Assembly (NCBI GenBank): GCA_964016885.1
Contig: OZ024763.1
Location: forward strand, 16,058,001-16,122,000
Length of the DNA: 64,000 nt
Direction of reading: 5' to 3'
From: Eledone cirrhosa
Taxonomy: Eukaryota
Shown here: piece after piece, positions 13,439-26,896 of the stretch
Numbering within the stretch: position 1 is the first letter of the stretch
How the letters are laid out: each line of letters opens with the position of its first letter
The notes under the pieces: model-generated
Seen by the model: only the letters and a program-made list of their open reading frames with translations
Told to the model about the DNA's origin: nothing
Database searches by the model: none
Program-made: the position numbers and the translations under genes

Positions 13439-15810
13439 GATATTAAATAAATGGAAACTATATTTATAAAACCATATTTATTTCGTTATATATATTTCAG
13501 GGATATCATATTAACAATATGTTATGCCTTCTTCAGACAAAATACAATATAAACAGTCTTATAAATAAATAGATACGACATACCTTTCAATCACCTTGCA
13601 TTTGGGAGGTTGATTTGGCAGTAAAAAATATTGTGGACAGTTGTAAAAAGAAAGAGATAAAGAGAGAAAGAAAGAGAAACGAAAAAGAAGAAATGCATGT
13701 GACTAAATAGAGAGATATAGAAAGATAGATAAAGAGAAGAACTTCATGTAAAGAAACAGAGAGAAATATATATAGAGAGAGGAAAAAAAGAAAGAGATAG
13801 ATAGAGAAACTAGGAAGTTGGGTATCGGTTGATACATTTATTTATTTATTTATTTATTTATTTAGCTCTAGTATTAATGTAAAGAGAGATGTATGTAGTT
13901 AAGAGAGAAAATAGGCGTTATATAGAGAGAAAAAAGAGAAAATGAAAAAGAGAAAATGAAACATAACCAGACATAAACGATGCAGAATTTAAAACCGCTA
14001 TGTTTTATCCGTAGAAAATATTAGTTCGTATAAAACAGGCATTATAATGTAAATACCAGTATTCATGAATGAGACATGTATCTATAATGTGTGAAAAGTA
14101 ATGATCTTATGTCTAGTTTTTAAAAATTCATATGTTTATATCATAATTATAAACAAACTCCCAATTCACACGAAAACATTCTCATTGTGCTATAAAAATT
14201 CAAGTATACATATGTGTGTATATATACACATATATATAGAGTCTATATTAATTTTAACAATACTATTCTTGTCTTTATTCTACATGATTGTCGATCAAGC
14301 AGAAATAGAGAACAGATTTCAAAATATTAATAAAAATAAAAATATCAGAGACAAGAAAATAAATAAATAAACAGAAAACTAAAACATTTAATATTAAAAA
14401 TAAAAAATATTACAAAATATTAAAAAATATAAAAAATAATAATACAAATAAAACACAGAGATCAGCCTTTCAAAGTTAATTGACAATATATTGCCAAGAT
14501 CATCATAAGCATCAGAGTCGAAACAGATAAAACAAAAATTGTTTACCAAATCCTGTCTAGCAGAAATCATTCCAAAAGTTTTGGTCTACATATGTTCATA
14601 TATTTAATATAGAAGTTTATCTAGTTTAAAATTTAATTCGATATATTTGGAGCATCAGCTTTTAGGGTAGTTTAATTATTCATGAAGAATGTTTTAATAA
14701 AAAGAAGAAATCGAAAGATTTATCGGCTAGTTTCATAAATAAATACAAATCAAATCAAACATAACTACATTTTAAATTTAAATTTATATTTAAACGTTGA
14801 GTTCAATCTATGTCTGCAGCAACTGAATAAATTTGTCCGTAGATTAAGGGAATTTTTAGATTTTAGTATAAAGAATATCTCCTCCGCACAGAGGTCACAT
14901 GTCTCAGAGGATGAATTAAAAGGAATCCCCCTTGAAACTATATTCCAAGTCGTCGAATATCTAACGTTATCATGCCTAAGTTGCCAGAGTACGCCTGATA
15001 GTGCTGTTGAAGATTTTTTGGATGGATCTGTGAAAGAATTCTTGTGGTTGTTATAGCGAAGTTTAAATTCCGTCGATGTAGAACCAACGTAGTTAAAATA
15101 ATTAACGTCCGTTTTAACATTACAGTTGTATATTATATTTCTAACTAAGCAGTTGTTATTTAACGGACATTTAGATCTATCTCTACAGTTACATTTGTTA
15201 ACTTGGATATTATTTATGCTATTATCGCTAGGTTTTAAGTTCCTGTTATTTATTCTATTAATATTTTGCGCTAAATTTTCGGTGGATGAGTAGGTTAGTT
15301 TTATAGTATGTCTATTGAAAATTGAGTGATACCTATGTGTTCTAGGGAAGCGATTATCGAGAGCTTTAAAAAATAGTTTAGCAATGTGGGTTTTAATGTT
15401 TAGTGAGAAAGGGGGGGGGGGGCAAACCATATTATATTCCTAGTTCTATTTCTTTTATGGCTTTTGGAATTATTGTAATGCTTTCTATTATAGTTGTTAA
15501 GGTTGTGGCCATAATTAAAATAGTTGTTATTTTGTTTAATTTGTTTATCATTATCTATGTACATAATTTTATCACTATATCCTGCTCTAGCTAACGCTTC
15601 ATTGTAATAATGGGCTTTTTCTTCGAAAATCTTTTTATTAGATGAGATTCTAGAGATACGTGATTGAACAGATGGTTTTAAATATGGTTTTATAAATATA
15701 GTTTCCATTTATTTAATATCATAAATATACTCCAAATACTTGTTGAGTGCTTTTATATCAGTTATAAATATTTACTCGTTGTTAACCCAACAATTTAAAT
15801 ATAACTTTCC

Positions 15811-15812
<2 letters not shown>
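13438..15812 (-). mobile_element. 5'-truncated Penelope-like retroelement (GIY-YIG endonuclease end, 3' UTR, hammerhead, inverted terminal copy)
   Basis: Frameshifted ORFs 15400-15708 and 14765-15430 with CNC..CP....C, NIIY, YVGST..FKLRYNNH, CDLC..E, LN.R, C.H. 13438-13480 is the reverse complement of 15680-15722. Flanked by (TA)n. Confidence 0.9.
13480..13543 (-). ncRNA. Type I hammerhead motif at the 3' end of the Penelope-like element (family A)
   Basis: Minus strand ATTTTGT-CTGAAGA-aggcataacatatt/aatatgatatccct-GAAA-tatata-TA-ACGAAAT. Confidence 0.78.
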
Positions 15813-15854
<42 letters not shown>

Positions 15855-15867
<13 letters not shown>

Positions 15868-16390
15868 TGAGGATGTCTGCCTAGGGTTCGCATTAGGTGA
15901 AAAAACTTCATTTTTTCAGCTTTTTAGGGCTTTTTGGAGGCCTTACGTCTAGCCGATTTCCCCAAAATTTCAAGGCATATTATGCACATAAAAAAATTCA
16001 TTTTCTTGATCCCCTAGGTGAAAACCTGTATTTTTCCTGCTTCATCGAGGAAAGTATTTTTTTATGGCCTAGGGCTCGCATTAGGTGAAAAACTTCATTT
16101 TTTCAGCTTTTTAGGGCTTTTTTGAGGGGTTACGTCTAGCCGATTTTTCCCGAAATTTCAGGCATATTATGCACATTAAAAAGATTCATTTTCTTGACCC
16201 CCTACGGCCCGCATTAGGTTAAAACCTGCATTTCTCCTGCTTCATCCAGGAAAATCTTAAAGATTATCCAGCCATCAGAGTATTCAGTTTATTTTCTTTA
16301 CATATTGTCCAGGCATGCAGTTTTTCCACGATTGGGTCTTTTGGCGGCCCAAAATACATCATCCCGTGCAACGCCGGGTACCACTGCTAG
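15855..16390 (+). mobile_element. Non-autonomous Helitron-like element, copy 1
   Basis: Starts ATAAAACTGAGGATGTCTG after (TA)n; ends with hairpin CCCG-TGCAACGC-CGGG then CTAG; internal subrepeats. Confidence 0.7.
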
Positions 16391-16489
16391 TATATATATA
16401 TATGTATATATATATATAGATATATATATGTATATATATATATAGATATATATATGTGTATTATATATATATCTATATATATCTATATC

Positions 16490-17480
16490 TATATATATAT
16501 AAATATAAAACTGAGGATGTCTGTCTGTGTGTGTCTGTGAGTTTGAATCCCTAAAACTCGAGAAGTACACAACCAATTTTTTTCAAACTTTACATGTGTA
16601 TTACTTATGTTTCAAGGAGTGATATGCACATTAAAAAAATTCAACTTTTTGATCCCCTAGGGCCGGTATTAGGTGAAAACTGCGTTTTTTCAGCTTTTTG
16701 GGGGGGTTTTGAGGTGTTAAGTCAGACCGATTTCCTTAAAATTGTACCTATGTATTAGTCAGTCTCTTCATACAGTGAGCAAAGAAAATCCAACTTTTTT
16801 ATGGCCTTAGGTGAAAAACTTCATTTTTTCAGCTTTTTAGGGCTTTTTTGAGGCCTTACGTTTAAATCGCAGAGTTATATCCCTTGGAATATATTATATT
16901 ATTAGAAGTCTACCCAACCGATTTTTTTCAAACTTTACATGTGTATTACTTATGTTTCAGGGAGTGTTATGCACATAAAAAATTCAACTTTTTGATCCCC
17001 TAGGGCCGGTATTAGGTGAAAACTGTCTTTTTTCAGCTTTTGGGGGGTTTTTGAGGCGCTACGTCAGACCGATTTCCTTGAAATTGTAACTATATATTAG
17101 TCAGTCGCTTTTTCATACCGTGAGCAAAGAAAATCCAACTTTTTTTATGGCCTAGGGCCCGCATTAGGTGAAAAACTTCATTTTTTCAGCTTTTTAGGGC
17201 TTTTTTGAGGGGTTACGTCTAGCCGATTTTTCCCGAAATTTCAGGCATATTATGCACATTAAAAAGATTCATTTTCTTGACCCCCTACGGCCCGCATTAG
17301 GTTAAAACCTGCATTTTTCCTGCTTCATCCAGGAAAATCTTAAAGATTATCCAGCCATCAGAGTATTCGGTTTATTTTCTTTACATATTGTCCAGGCATG
17401 CAGTTTTTCCACGATTAGGTCTGTTGGTGGCCCGCGTTCCAAAATACCTTATCCCGTTTAACGCCGGGTACCACTGCTAG
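16490..17480 (+). mobile_element. Non-autonomous Helitron-like element, longer copy 2
   Basis: Same 5' start and the same CCCG..CGGG hairpin plus CTAG end; internal duplication of about 350 bp. Confidence 0.7.
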
Positions 17481-17510
17481 TATATATATATATGTGTGTA
17501 TATATATATG

Positions 17511-17583
<73 letters not shown>

Positions 17584-17899
17584 AATATATATATATATAT
17601 ATACATACATATCATCATACATACTTACATAGAAGATATTGTAGCAAATATATATAAAACAACAACAAACTTACTGTGAATGTATATTATTAAGATGAAT
17701 ATAACAATACAAATCATCGTGTTCATTCAAAACTCTTGGCAGCCATTTTGACGTTGTCAGCCGACGTTGTCAGCCATTTGTCAAAGTTAATAATAAACTC
17801 CTTAAGACATCTTATATTGTTCTGATCTGTTCAACTGTGTAAACGGTGTTGGAAAAAAAAAGACTTGAAAGGTTGTTGATGTTGATGTTGTTGTTGTTA

Positions 17900-18075
17900 T
17901 GCAGGGTGTTCCTAAAAAATGTATACACATATTCATTAGAATGCTGTTGATGTGTCAATGCATTTCTTGGGACACCCTGTACAACAACAACAACCACGGG
18001 ATGTTCCCCAAAAATGTATACACATATTCATTAGAATGCTGTTGAAGTGTGTATACATTTTTGGGGGGACACTGG
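17900..18075. mobile_element. Two tiny palindromic Tc1/mariner-like MITEs
   Basis: CAGGGTGTTCCTAAAAAATGTATACAC...GCATTTCTTGGGACACCCTG and a second related copy at 17995-18073. Confidence 0.6.
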
Positions 18076-18179
18076 TGTGTGTGTGTGTGATGGTGTTGGG
18101 GGGTTTACAGAGTTACAATGGTACCTCCTATGACACCCACATAAATGTACTGCTTGTCATGGTTTCACCTTCTGGTATG

Positions 18180-18872
18180 GGATGGTGGCGGAGGTGGTGG
18201 TGGTGTGGTGTTGGTGGTGGTGGTGGATGGTGTTGGTGGCGGTGGTGTAGGTGGAGGTAGCGATGGTGGTGATGAAGGTGGTGGCGGTGGAGGTGGTGTT
18301 GGGGGCGGCGATGGTAGTGGTGGTGGTGGTGGTGGTTAGCGGTGACGATGGTAGTGGTGGTGGTGGTGGTGGTGGTTAGCGGTGACAATGGGGGTGGGGG
18401 TGGGGGTGGTTAGTGGTGACGATGGTAGTGGTGGTGGTGGTGGTGGTTAGCGGTGACAATGGGGGTGGGGGTGGGGGTGGTTAGCGGTGACGATGGTAGT
18501 GTTGGTGGTGGTGGTTAGGGGTGACGATGATAGTGGTAGTGGTGGTTAGCAGTGACGATGGTAGTGGTGGTGGTGGTGGTGGTGGTGGTTAGCGGTGACA
18601 GTGGGGGTGGGGGTGGGGGTGGTTAGCGGTGACGATGGTAGTGTTGGTGGTGGTGGTTAGGGGTGACGATGATAGTGGTGGTGGTGGTTAGCAGTGACGA
18701 TGGTAGTGGTGGTGGTGGTTTGGGGTGACGATGGTAGTGGGGGTGGGGGTGGTTAGGGGTGACGATGATAGTGGTGGTGGGGGTGGTTAGCGGTGACGAT
18801 GGTAGTGTTGGTGGTGGTGGTGGTGGTGGTAGTGGTGGTGGTGGTTAGGGGTGTCAATGGTGGTGGTTGGTG
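18180..18872. repeat. (GGT)n-based compound repeat
   Basis: GGT runs interspersed with GGTTAGCGGTGACGAT. Confidence 0.9.
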
Positions 18873-18939
18873 GAATTCATCAACTATACATTTTTTATCT
18901 TTTAGGCCATAAATATATTCATTTCAAATGTGTTAACAT

Positions 18940-19745
18940 GGCTGCCACTAAATTTGGCAGGAAAGGTAAAGTTGATTAAATTATCCTCATTATTTAACTG
19001 GTACTTTTATTAACCCAAAATGGATGAAAGGCAAAGTTGATCTTGGCAAGATTTGAACTCAGAATGTAAAAAATCTCAGAACAAATACCACCACAATAGT
19101 ATTCTATCTGACGCTCTACTGATTCTGCCAACCCGCCATCATACATTTCAAGTATATTGGTTTCTAATTTTGGCAGAAAATTTGGCAGCAAATTTATCGA
19201 CTGCCAAAGTTGATATAATCAACCCCAGTACATTACTGGTACTTTATTTTATCGACCCCAGAAGGATGAAATGCAAAGTTGACCTCGGTGGGATTTGAAC
19301 TCAGAATGTAAAACAACCAGAAATAAATGTCACAAAAGTTTCTGTGAGACACTCTACCAATTCTACCAACCCACCAACCCCAGTATTTAACTGGTATCTT
19401 ATTCTATCAACCGCAGAAGGATGAAAGACAAAGTTGACATTGGTGGGATTTGAACTCAGAATATAAAACTCCCAGAAATAGATATCACAAAACATTCTAT
19501 GAGACACTCTACCAATTCAACCAATCCACCAACCCCAGTATTTAACTGGTACCTTATTTCATCAACCCCAGAAGGATGAAAGTTGACCTTGGTGAGAATT
19601 AAACTCAGAATGTAAAACACTCAGAAATAATTGTCACAAAACATTCTGTGAGACACTCTACCAATTCTTACCAATCCACCAACCTCCATAGATTATAAAA
19701 AGATTCATTCCAAATTTTGGCAGAAGGCCAGAAAATTTAGTCTGA
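18940..19745 (-). mobile_element. Tandem cluster of tRNA-SINE copies
   Basis: Repeated AGGATGAAAGGCAAAGTTGACCTCGG..GATTTGAACTCAG. Confidence 0.75.
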
Positions 19746-19949
19746 AGGGTAACCAGCCACCTAAGGGTCCTTGATTTTTCCTTCCATCTCCTCGCATTTA
19801 TGACATTTATAGTCCTTTCCTCTATTTCCTATACAGCCAGATCTGCCCTTCATTAGCCCTTCCCTGCTCTGCGCATTACTTAATATTTCCATCATTGTAT
19901 AACATTCTTTTATAAAATATAGTTGACATAATATGTTTATATATAATTG

Positions 19950-20530
19950 ATTAGCCCTTTAGCATTTAAACCAGCTGTATCCGGCCATAATTCTCTCACC
20001 TCTTTCTGTTCAAACCTGCTGTAAGTGGCCGCTCATACTGACGTTAAGGTATTGTTCTCAAAATAAATAACATCAAAATCTCATAGCTTCGATACTATGG
20101 GAGATAAAGCCTTTACCATGATAATACAATAGTATATATAGTGAGTTATGTAAATGCTAAAGGGTTAAACCGGGCGTATCGGGCCAGAATTCTTATCTCT
20201 TTCTGTTCAAACCAGTTGTAACCAGCCGCTCATACTGACGTTAAGGTATTGTTCTCAAAATAAATAACATCAAAATCTCGTAAATTCAATATTATGTGAG
20301 ATTATTATGTAAGATGAAGCCTTTACCACAAAAATACAATAGTAAATATAGAGTAATGTAAATGCTAAAGGGTTAAAGCAGCTGTATGTGGCCAGAATTC
20401 TCTCACCTCTTTCTGTTCAAACTGGCTGTAACCGGGCACTCATACTGACATTAAGGTATTGTTCTCTAAATCAATGTAGCTTTGATATTATCTGATATAT
20501 TATGTGAGGTAAAGCATTTACCATAAAAAC
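19950..20530 (+). mobile_element. piggyBac-like MITE, tandem partial copies
   Basis: Ends TTAG-CCCTTTAGCATTTA and TAAATGCTAAAGGG-TTAA; related sequence at 30660-31350(-) and 40270-41044. Confidence 0.6.
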
Positions 20531-20639
20531 ACAATAGTATATATAGAGTAAACAGTTCAATAAAAAAAATTGTAATGTAAAAAGACAAAAACCAAATAAG
20601 CAGATTGTCTCAGGTGCGGAGGAAGATTTGAAGAATTAT

Positions 20640-20800
20640 TTTAATAGGTAAAGAATCGCTGGACAGATTTTATGGGCAAAACCAACAGCTGAGGACCTAG
20701 GGGTAAACCCCGAGCAAGATGGTTGGATAACATCTATGAGCTTGGCTGGTCTTGCTTGGGGATCAAGTCAGATCTGTTGGAGATGGTTGCTTCTGACAGG
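20640..20800 (+). mobile_element. 3' end of an RTE-type LINE running into the 63-bp array
   Basis: Reads RIAGQILWAKPTAEGPRGKPRARWLDNIYELGW, an RTE C-terminal RGRPRxRW-like motif. Confidence 0.7.
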
Positions 20801-22560
20801 ACTAGCTGGAAGGAATGTTTGAGGACTCTGCCCCCACCACCCTCTCAGGAATAAGGGGACAGGACCTGCTGGAAGGAATGTTTGAGGACTCTGCCCCCAC
20901 CACCCTCTCAGGAATAAGGGGACAGGACCTGCTGGAAGGAATGTTTGAGGACTCTGCCCCCACCACCCTCTCAGGAATAAGGGGACAGGACCTGCTGGAA
21001 GGAATGTTTGAGGACTCTGCCCCCACCACCCTCTCAGGAATAAGGGGACAGGACCTGCTGAAAGGAATGTTTGAGGACTCTGCCCCCACAACCCTCTCAG
21101 GAATAAGGGGACAGGACCTGCTGGAAGGAATGTTTGAGGACTCTGCCCCCACCACCCTCTCAGGAATAAGGGGACAGGACCTGCTGGAAGGAATGTTTGA
21201 GGACTCTGCCCCCACCAACCTCTCAGGAATAAGGGGACAGGACCTGCTGGAAGGAATGTTTGAGGACTCTGCCCCCACCACCCTCTCAGGAATAAGGGGA
21301 CAGGACCTGCTGGAAGGAATGTTTGAGGACTCTGCCCCCACCACCCTCTCAGGAATAAGGGGACAGGACCTGCTGAAAGGAATGTTTGAGGACTCTGCCC
21401 CCACAACCCTCTCAGGAATAAGGGGACAGGACCTGCTGGAAGGAATGTTTGAGGACTCTGCCCCCACCACCCTCTCAGGAATAAGGGGACAGGACCTGCT
21501 GGAAGGAATGTTTGAGGACTCTGCCCCCACCAACCTCTCAGGAATAAGGGGACAGGACCTGCTGGAAGGAATGTTTGAGGACTCTGCCCCCACCACCATC
21601 TCAGGAATAAGGGGACAGGACCTGCTGGAAGGAATGTTTGAGGACTCTGCCCCCACCACCCTCTCAGGAATAAGGGGACAGGACCTGCTGAAAGGAATGT
21701 TTGAGGACTCTGCCCCCACCACCCTCTCAGGAATAAGGGGACAGGACCTGCTGAAAGGAATGTTTGAGGACTCTGCCCCCACCACCCTCTCAGGAATAAG
21801 GGGACAGGACCTGCTGGAAGGAAGTTTGAGGACTCTGCCCCCACCACCCTCTCAGGAATAAGGGGACAGGACCTGCTGGAAGGAATGTTTGAGGACTCTG
21901 CCCCCACCACCCTCTCAGGAATAAGGGGACAGGACCTGCTGAAAGGAATGTTTGAGGACTCTGCCCTCACCACCCTCTCAGGAATAAGGGGACAGGACCT
22001 GCTGGAAGGAATGTTTGAGGACTCTGCCCCCACCACCCTCTCAGGAATAAGGGGACAGGACCTGCTGAAAGGAATGTTTGAGGACTCTGCCCTCACCACC
22101 CTCTCAGGAATAAGGGGACAGGACCTGCTGAAAGGAATGTTTGAGGACTCTGCCCCCACCACCCTCTCAGGAATAAGGGGACAGGACCTGCTGGAAGGAA
22201 TGTTTGAGGACTCTGCCCCCACCACCCTCTCAGGAATAAGGGGACAGGACCTGCTGAAAGGAATGTTTGAGGACTCTGCCCTCACCACCCTCTCAGGAAT
22301 AAGGGGACAGGACCTGCTGGAAGGAATGTTTGAGGACTCTGCCCCCACCACCCTCTCAGGAATAAGGGGACAGGTCCTGCTGAAAGGAATGTTTGAGGAC
22401 TCTGCCCTCACCACCCTCTCAGGAATAAGGGGACAGGACCTGCTGAAAGGAATGTTTGAGGACTCTGCCCCCACCACCCTCTCAGGAATAAGGGGACAGG
22501 ACCTGCTGGAAGGAATGTTTGAGGACTCTGCCCCCACCACCCTCTCAGGAATAAGGGGAC
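20797..22560. repeat. 63-bp tandem array, about 28 copies
   Basis: Unit GACAGGACCTGCTGGAAGGAATGTTTGAGGACTCTGCCCCCACCACCCTCTCAGGAATAAGGG; followed by a GAA tail. Confidence 0.97.
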
Positions 22561-22634
22561 GAAGAAGAAGGCAAAGAAGATGTTATTTTTGTATAGTTTT
22601 TTTTATTATTGTTGTTTATTTTGTTCCAACAACA

Positions 22635-23040
22635 TTGTTACTGTTGTTGTTGTTGTTGTTGCTGTTGTTATTATTGTTGTTGCTGTTACTGTTGTTGTTG
22701 TTGTTGCCGCTGTTGTTGTTGTGTTGTTGCTGTTGTTGCTGTTGCTGTTGTTGCTGTTGTTGTTGCTGTTGTTGTTGTTGTTGTTGTTGTTACTGCTGTT
22801 GTTGCTGTTGCTGTTGTTGTTGTTGTTGCTGTTGTTGTTGCCGTTGTTGTTGCTGCTGTTGTTGCTGTTGTTGTTGCGTTGTTGTTGCTGTTGCTGTTGT
22901 TGTTGTTGCTGTTGTTGCTGTTGCCGTTGCTGTTGTCACTGCTGTTGTTGCTGTTGCTGTTGTTGTTGATGTTGCTGCTGTTGTTGCCGTTGTTGTTGCT
23001 GCTGTTGTTGCTGCTGTTGTTGTTGCCGTTGTTGTTGTTA
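22635..23040. repeat. (GTT/GCT)n microsatellite
   Basis: Direct reading; lies just downstream of the stop codon of the minus-strand gene. Confidence 0.95.
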
Positions 23041-23077
23041 TTTACATTGGTTTCTTTTCCTTTGTTTGTTTGTTGTT

Positions 23078-23353
23078 TTACACATTTTCCTGATAGGTAT
23101 TCTGGAAGTGACTGAGGGCTAGCAGTGTTGTAGCATATGTGTACGGTTCTGAGGACCAAAATGGAAACACACCACCATCTTTGTTGAAACCATGGAATTC
23201 CATTGGGGTTGTCATGTTCTGGAACCTAGGTATAGGGGCTTTGGCCATTGCTAGGTATTCTTCTTCAGATATCGTGCCCTGCATGGCCCTTACCTTGTTT
23301 ATCATGCTTTTAGAATCCTCAAAACGGTTGAAAGGATAAAGAAATGGTAGAGT
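23078..23353 (-). CDS. Exon 8 (last) of an uncharacterised secreted protein gene
   Basis: Acceptor TTTGCAG; TLPFLYPFNRF...VFPFWSSEPYTYATTLLALSHFQNTYQENV*; phase 0 matches exon 7. Confidence 0.85.
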   Translation of the reverse strand, partial: TLPFLYPFNRFEDSKSMINKVRAMQGTISEEEYLAMAKAPIPRFQNMTTPMEFHGFNKDGGVFPFWSSEPYTYATTLLALSHFQNTYQENV

Positions 23354-23378
23354 CTGCAAATAAAGGAAAAGGCAATAA

Positions 23379-23428
<50 letters not shown>

Positions 23429-23511
23429 TCATCATCATCATCATCATCATTTTACATCCGCTTTTCCCTGCTTGCAAGGGTGGGACGGGTCTTATTCAGC
23501 ACAGCATCTCT

Positions 23512-23563
<52 letters not shown>

Positions 23564-23606
23564 TTATTTATTTATTTGTAACCTGATTAGTTTTTTCGTT
23601 GTTTTT

Positions 23607-23684
<78 letters not shown>

Positions 23685-23692
23685 AAGCTCCC

Positions 23693-23730
<38 letters not shown>

Positions 23731-23915
23731 AATTGAAGTTTGGTAAAATCAAAGCTTCGGCTGTAGCCAAGCCAATGAGATACAATGATATATATATATA
23801 TATATGAATTTGAGGGCGACTGACCGGGGTGAAGGCAGCTAGTTGGTCAGTTGTTCTCTTTGTCTCTGATTTTTCAGACCCATGCTTTTTTACATATTCC
23901 TTTGTTATATTTCGA

Positions 23916-23973
23916 ATACCTGATGATATCACCAGATTCATATAGAACCCGGTCATTGAAATGACCATAGTAT
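23916..23973 (+). ncRNA. Type I hammerhead motif in a (TA)n-flanked island (23808-24163)
   Basis: ATAC-CTGATGA-tatcaccag...ccggtcatt-GAAA-tgacca-TA-GTAT; GAGTACTC downstream. Confidence 0.6.
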
Positions 23974-24163
23974 AATAAACCTTTCAAGGATTTACACCAG
24001 TCCAGCCTCCTGTTATTTTTATTTATAATTAACTCCGTATTCGCACCACCAACTACACAAACGAAGACGGGTAAACTGCACTACGTTGAGTACTCTCCAC
24101 AATATTACACCAAGATTGACCATACGGAATGATCAATTCTATCCAGTGGTGAACCAACAAACC

Positions 24164-24260
<97 letters not shown>

Positions 24261-24271
24261 ATATATATATG

Positions 24272-24302
<31 letters not shown>

Positions 24303-24329
24303 GTATATATATATATGTATATATATATA

Positions 24330-26497
24330 TATAAATAACCAAAAACTAGAAAAACTACGCAAAGATATAAGAAAACTACTACTCGAAATAGGACTAACTA
24401 TAACATATGAATACAACCTTAAAGTAGTTAACTTCCTGGATGTCACACTCAATTTAAACTCTGGTCTGATTAAACCGTTTCATAAATTGAATGAAAATCT
24501 CAAATACGTAAATGTTGGGTCTAACCACCCCATCTCTATAATTAAATCTATCCCTAAAAATATTTCCCTTAGAATCTCGGGTCTATCTTCTAACATACAA
24601 GTATTTAAGGAACACGCCGAGTACTACGATAACGCCCTTATTAAAGCAGGCTACCTCAACAAAATAGAGTATATAGATGAGAACAATCAAAACACCCAAA
24701 ATAAATCCCACATAGGTAGATATAATAACACAACACCAAACCACACTTACTACCATAGTATACACACCAGTAAACCAACAAACAAAACTAATAGAAAGCG
24801 ATGCAAAGAGTACTTATGGTATAACCCCGAATACAATAGTTCCATTAGTACAAATTTACCAGTACTCTTCTTTAAAATAATTAAGAGACATTTTCCTACA
24901 TCACACAAATACCACAAAATCCTAAACCCTACCACTATAAGACTGTCATACTCTACAGCGTTAAATACTAAAAACTTAAGTACAAAGAACACAAAAAAAA
25001 CAGTAGACAATACACTACAGAACATAAATAAACCACACCTAAGTTCGTCTGCAATACTACTCCAGAGAAAACCCAATGTACACAACTGTAACTGCACCTA
25101 TCCTGACAACTGCCCCCTCGGCAATAACTGCCTGGAAAAAAATATTATTTATAAGTGTACCATTAAATCCGGAGGCAACGAGTGGTATTACGTGGGATCA
25201 ACGGCAACATCGTTTAAATCTCGATTATATAGGCATTCTTACTCAATAAAACACCAGAGCCAAAGAAATGTAACAACTTTAGAAGAAAAAGCTTGGACGC
25301 TCAGGGATAGCGATCAAAAGTTTACCCTAAAATGGGAGAAATTAGCTAAAACCCAAAGCTTTTCCAGGAGCCAAAATTTCTGCAAATTGTGTAATCTTGA
25401 GATCTATTACATAATCACACACAAGAGGAAATTGCTGAATAACAGAATTGAACGAACATTATTCTGCTGTCACCGAACTAAAACCCTTTTTTCCCACTAC
25501 AAGCTGAATATTACATAAAAGAGGGACATCCCCCCAACTATATAAACCTCAATCTAGTTAGAAAAATATAAAAATAATCTCTTCTCAGCATATATATGTA
25601 TATTAATAACCTTAAATTACCACACTAATAATGGAAAGATATGCTGATGAGAATAGGTCCAAATATGCTATAATGAATGTGTCTAAAAGCGACCATAAGT
25701 ATGTATATATATGGGAAAAATGTATATAAATAAGTAAATATATATATATATGTTTGATGTGTATAGTTAGATGTAAGTGCATTCATGTATTAAAGTGTTT
25801 ATATATATATATATACATATACACATAGACTGGAGTATGTGTGTATATATGTGTGTGTCTATACGTGTGTATATAAAGATAAGTTGAGTATGAAAATGTA
25901 TACACATGAACGCGTATGTATGTACATGTATATATGTGTATATATATATGTATGCATGTGTATATGTATGTAAGTATGAGCATGTAAGTATGTGTATGTG
26001 AGTATATGTATTTTGTAGAGGTGTGCATATATGTTTGTGTGTGAATGCGTGGGCGAAAGGATACGTACACTTGAAAGAAAAATTTAAGTCTGAATGTTAA
26101 GTGCAAACACAAAACCAACCACGCATATCTTTACTATCTCTAATCCTTCTATAGATTTAGAAAAATAACCAATAATATATTCTATAAAAATGTCAAAACA
26201 ACAGATGGGAATCTAATTACTCACTGCCACCAAAAATTGTCACTGCTATCAAAAAACCACTCCCTCAACTATTCTTCTAACAACTTCACCCCTCCCTCCT
26301 AATATTCTCTATAAAAACCAAACAAGTCCCCAGTAAAATTATTCCGATGAAATGACAGTTGATAATAACATTGAAATATTGAATGTCTGCATAACTAATA
26401 CTTTGTAGATAGCAGCTGTTTTCAGGTTATGTAACTGTTATAGAAACACGTGTCAATAAATTCCTTTTAACTAAACTGTATCCATTAAAATCCTTCT
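24330..26497 (+). mobile_element. 5'-truncated Penelope-like retroelement (RT end, GIY-YIG endonuclease, 3' UTR, hammerhead)
   Basis: ORF to 25518 with [55 protein letters not shown]; begins and ends in (TA)n. Confidence 0.92.
26339..26459 (+). ncRNA. Hammerhead motif with CCGATGA core and long stem II
   Basis: TTATT-CCGATGA-aatgacagtt...aactgttata-GAAA-cacgtg-TC-AATAA, about 40 bp before the terminal (TA)n. Confidence 0.65.
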
Positions 26498-26525
26498 ATA
26501 TATGTATATATATATATATATATCT

Positions 26526-26562
<37 letters not shown>

Positions 26563-26577
26563 TATACATATATATAC

Positions 26578-26620
<43 letters not shown>

Positions 26621-26635
26621 TATACATATATATAC

Positions 26636-26688
<53 letters not shown>

Positions 26689-26711
26689 TATATATATATA
26701 TACATATATAT

Positions 26712-26802
<91 letters not shown>

Positions 26803-26896
26803 CCAGAATCAGTTCCCGTCCCACCCTTGCAAGCAGGGAAAAGTGGACGTAAAATGAAATGAAAATGATGAAAATGATATATATATGTATATATAT

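Noticed and set aside
18250-18870. Telomeric repeat
   Set aside because: TTAGGG-like words are sporadic within (GGT)n and do not form a tandem telomeric array
20768-23093. Repeat protein ORFs (MFEDSAPTTLSGIRGQDLLEG)n
   Set aside because: A 63-bp unit keeps frames open; the biologically meaningful frame is the RTE C-terminus, which has a stop in each unit
25580-25660. CTGATGAG in the Penelope 3' UTR
   Set aside because: No properly placed GAAA, stem III or stem I; only a small imperfect inverted repeat
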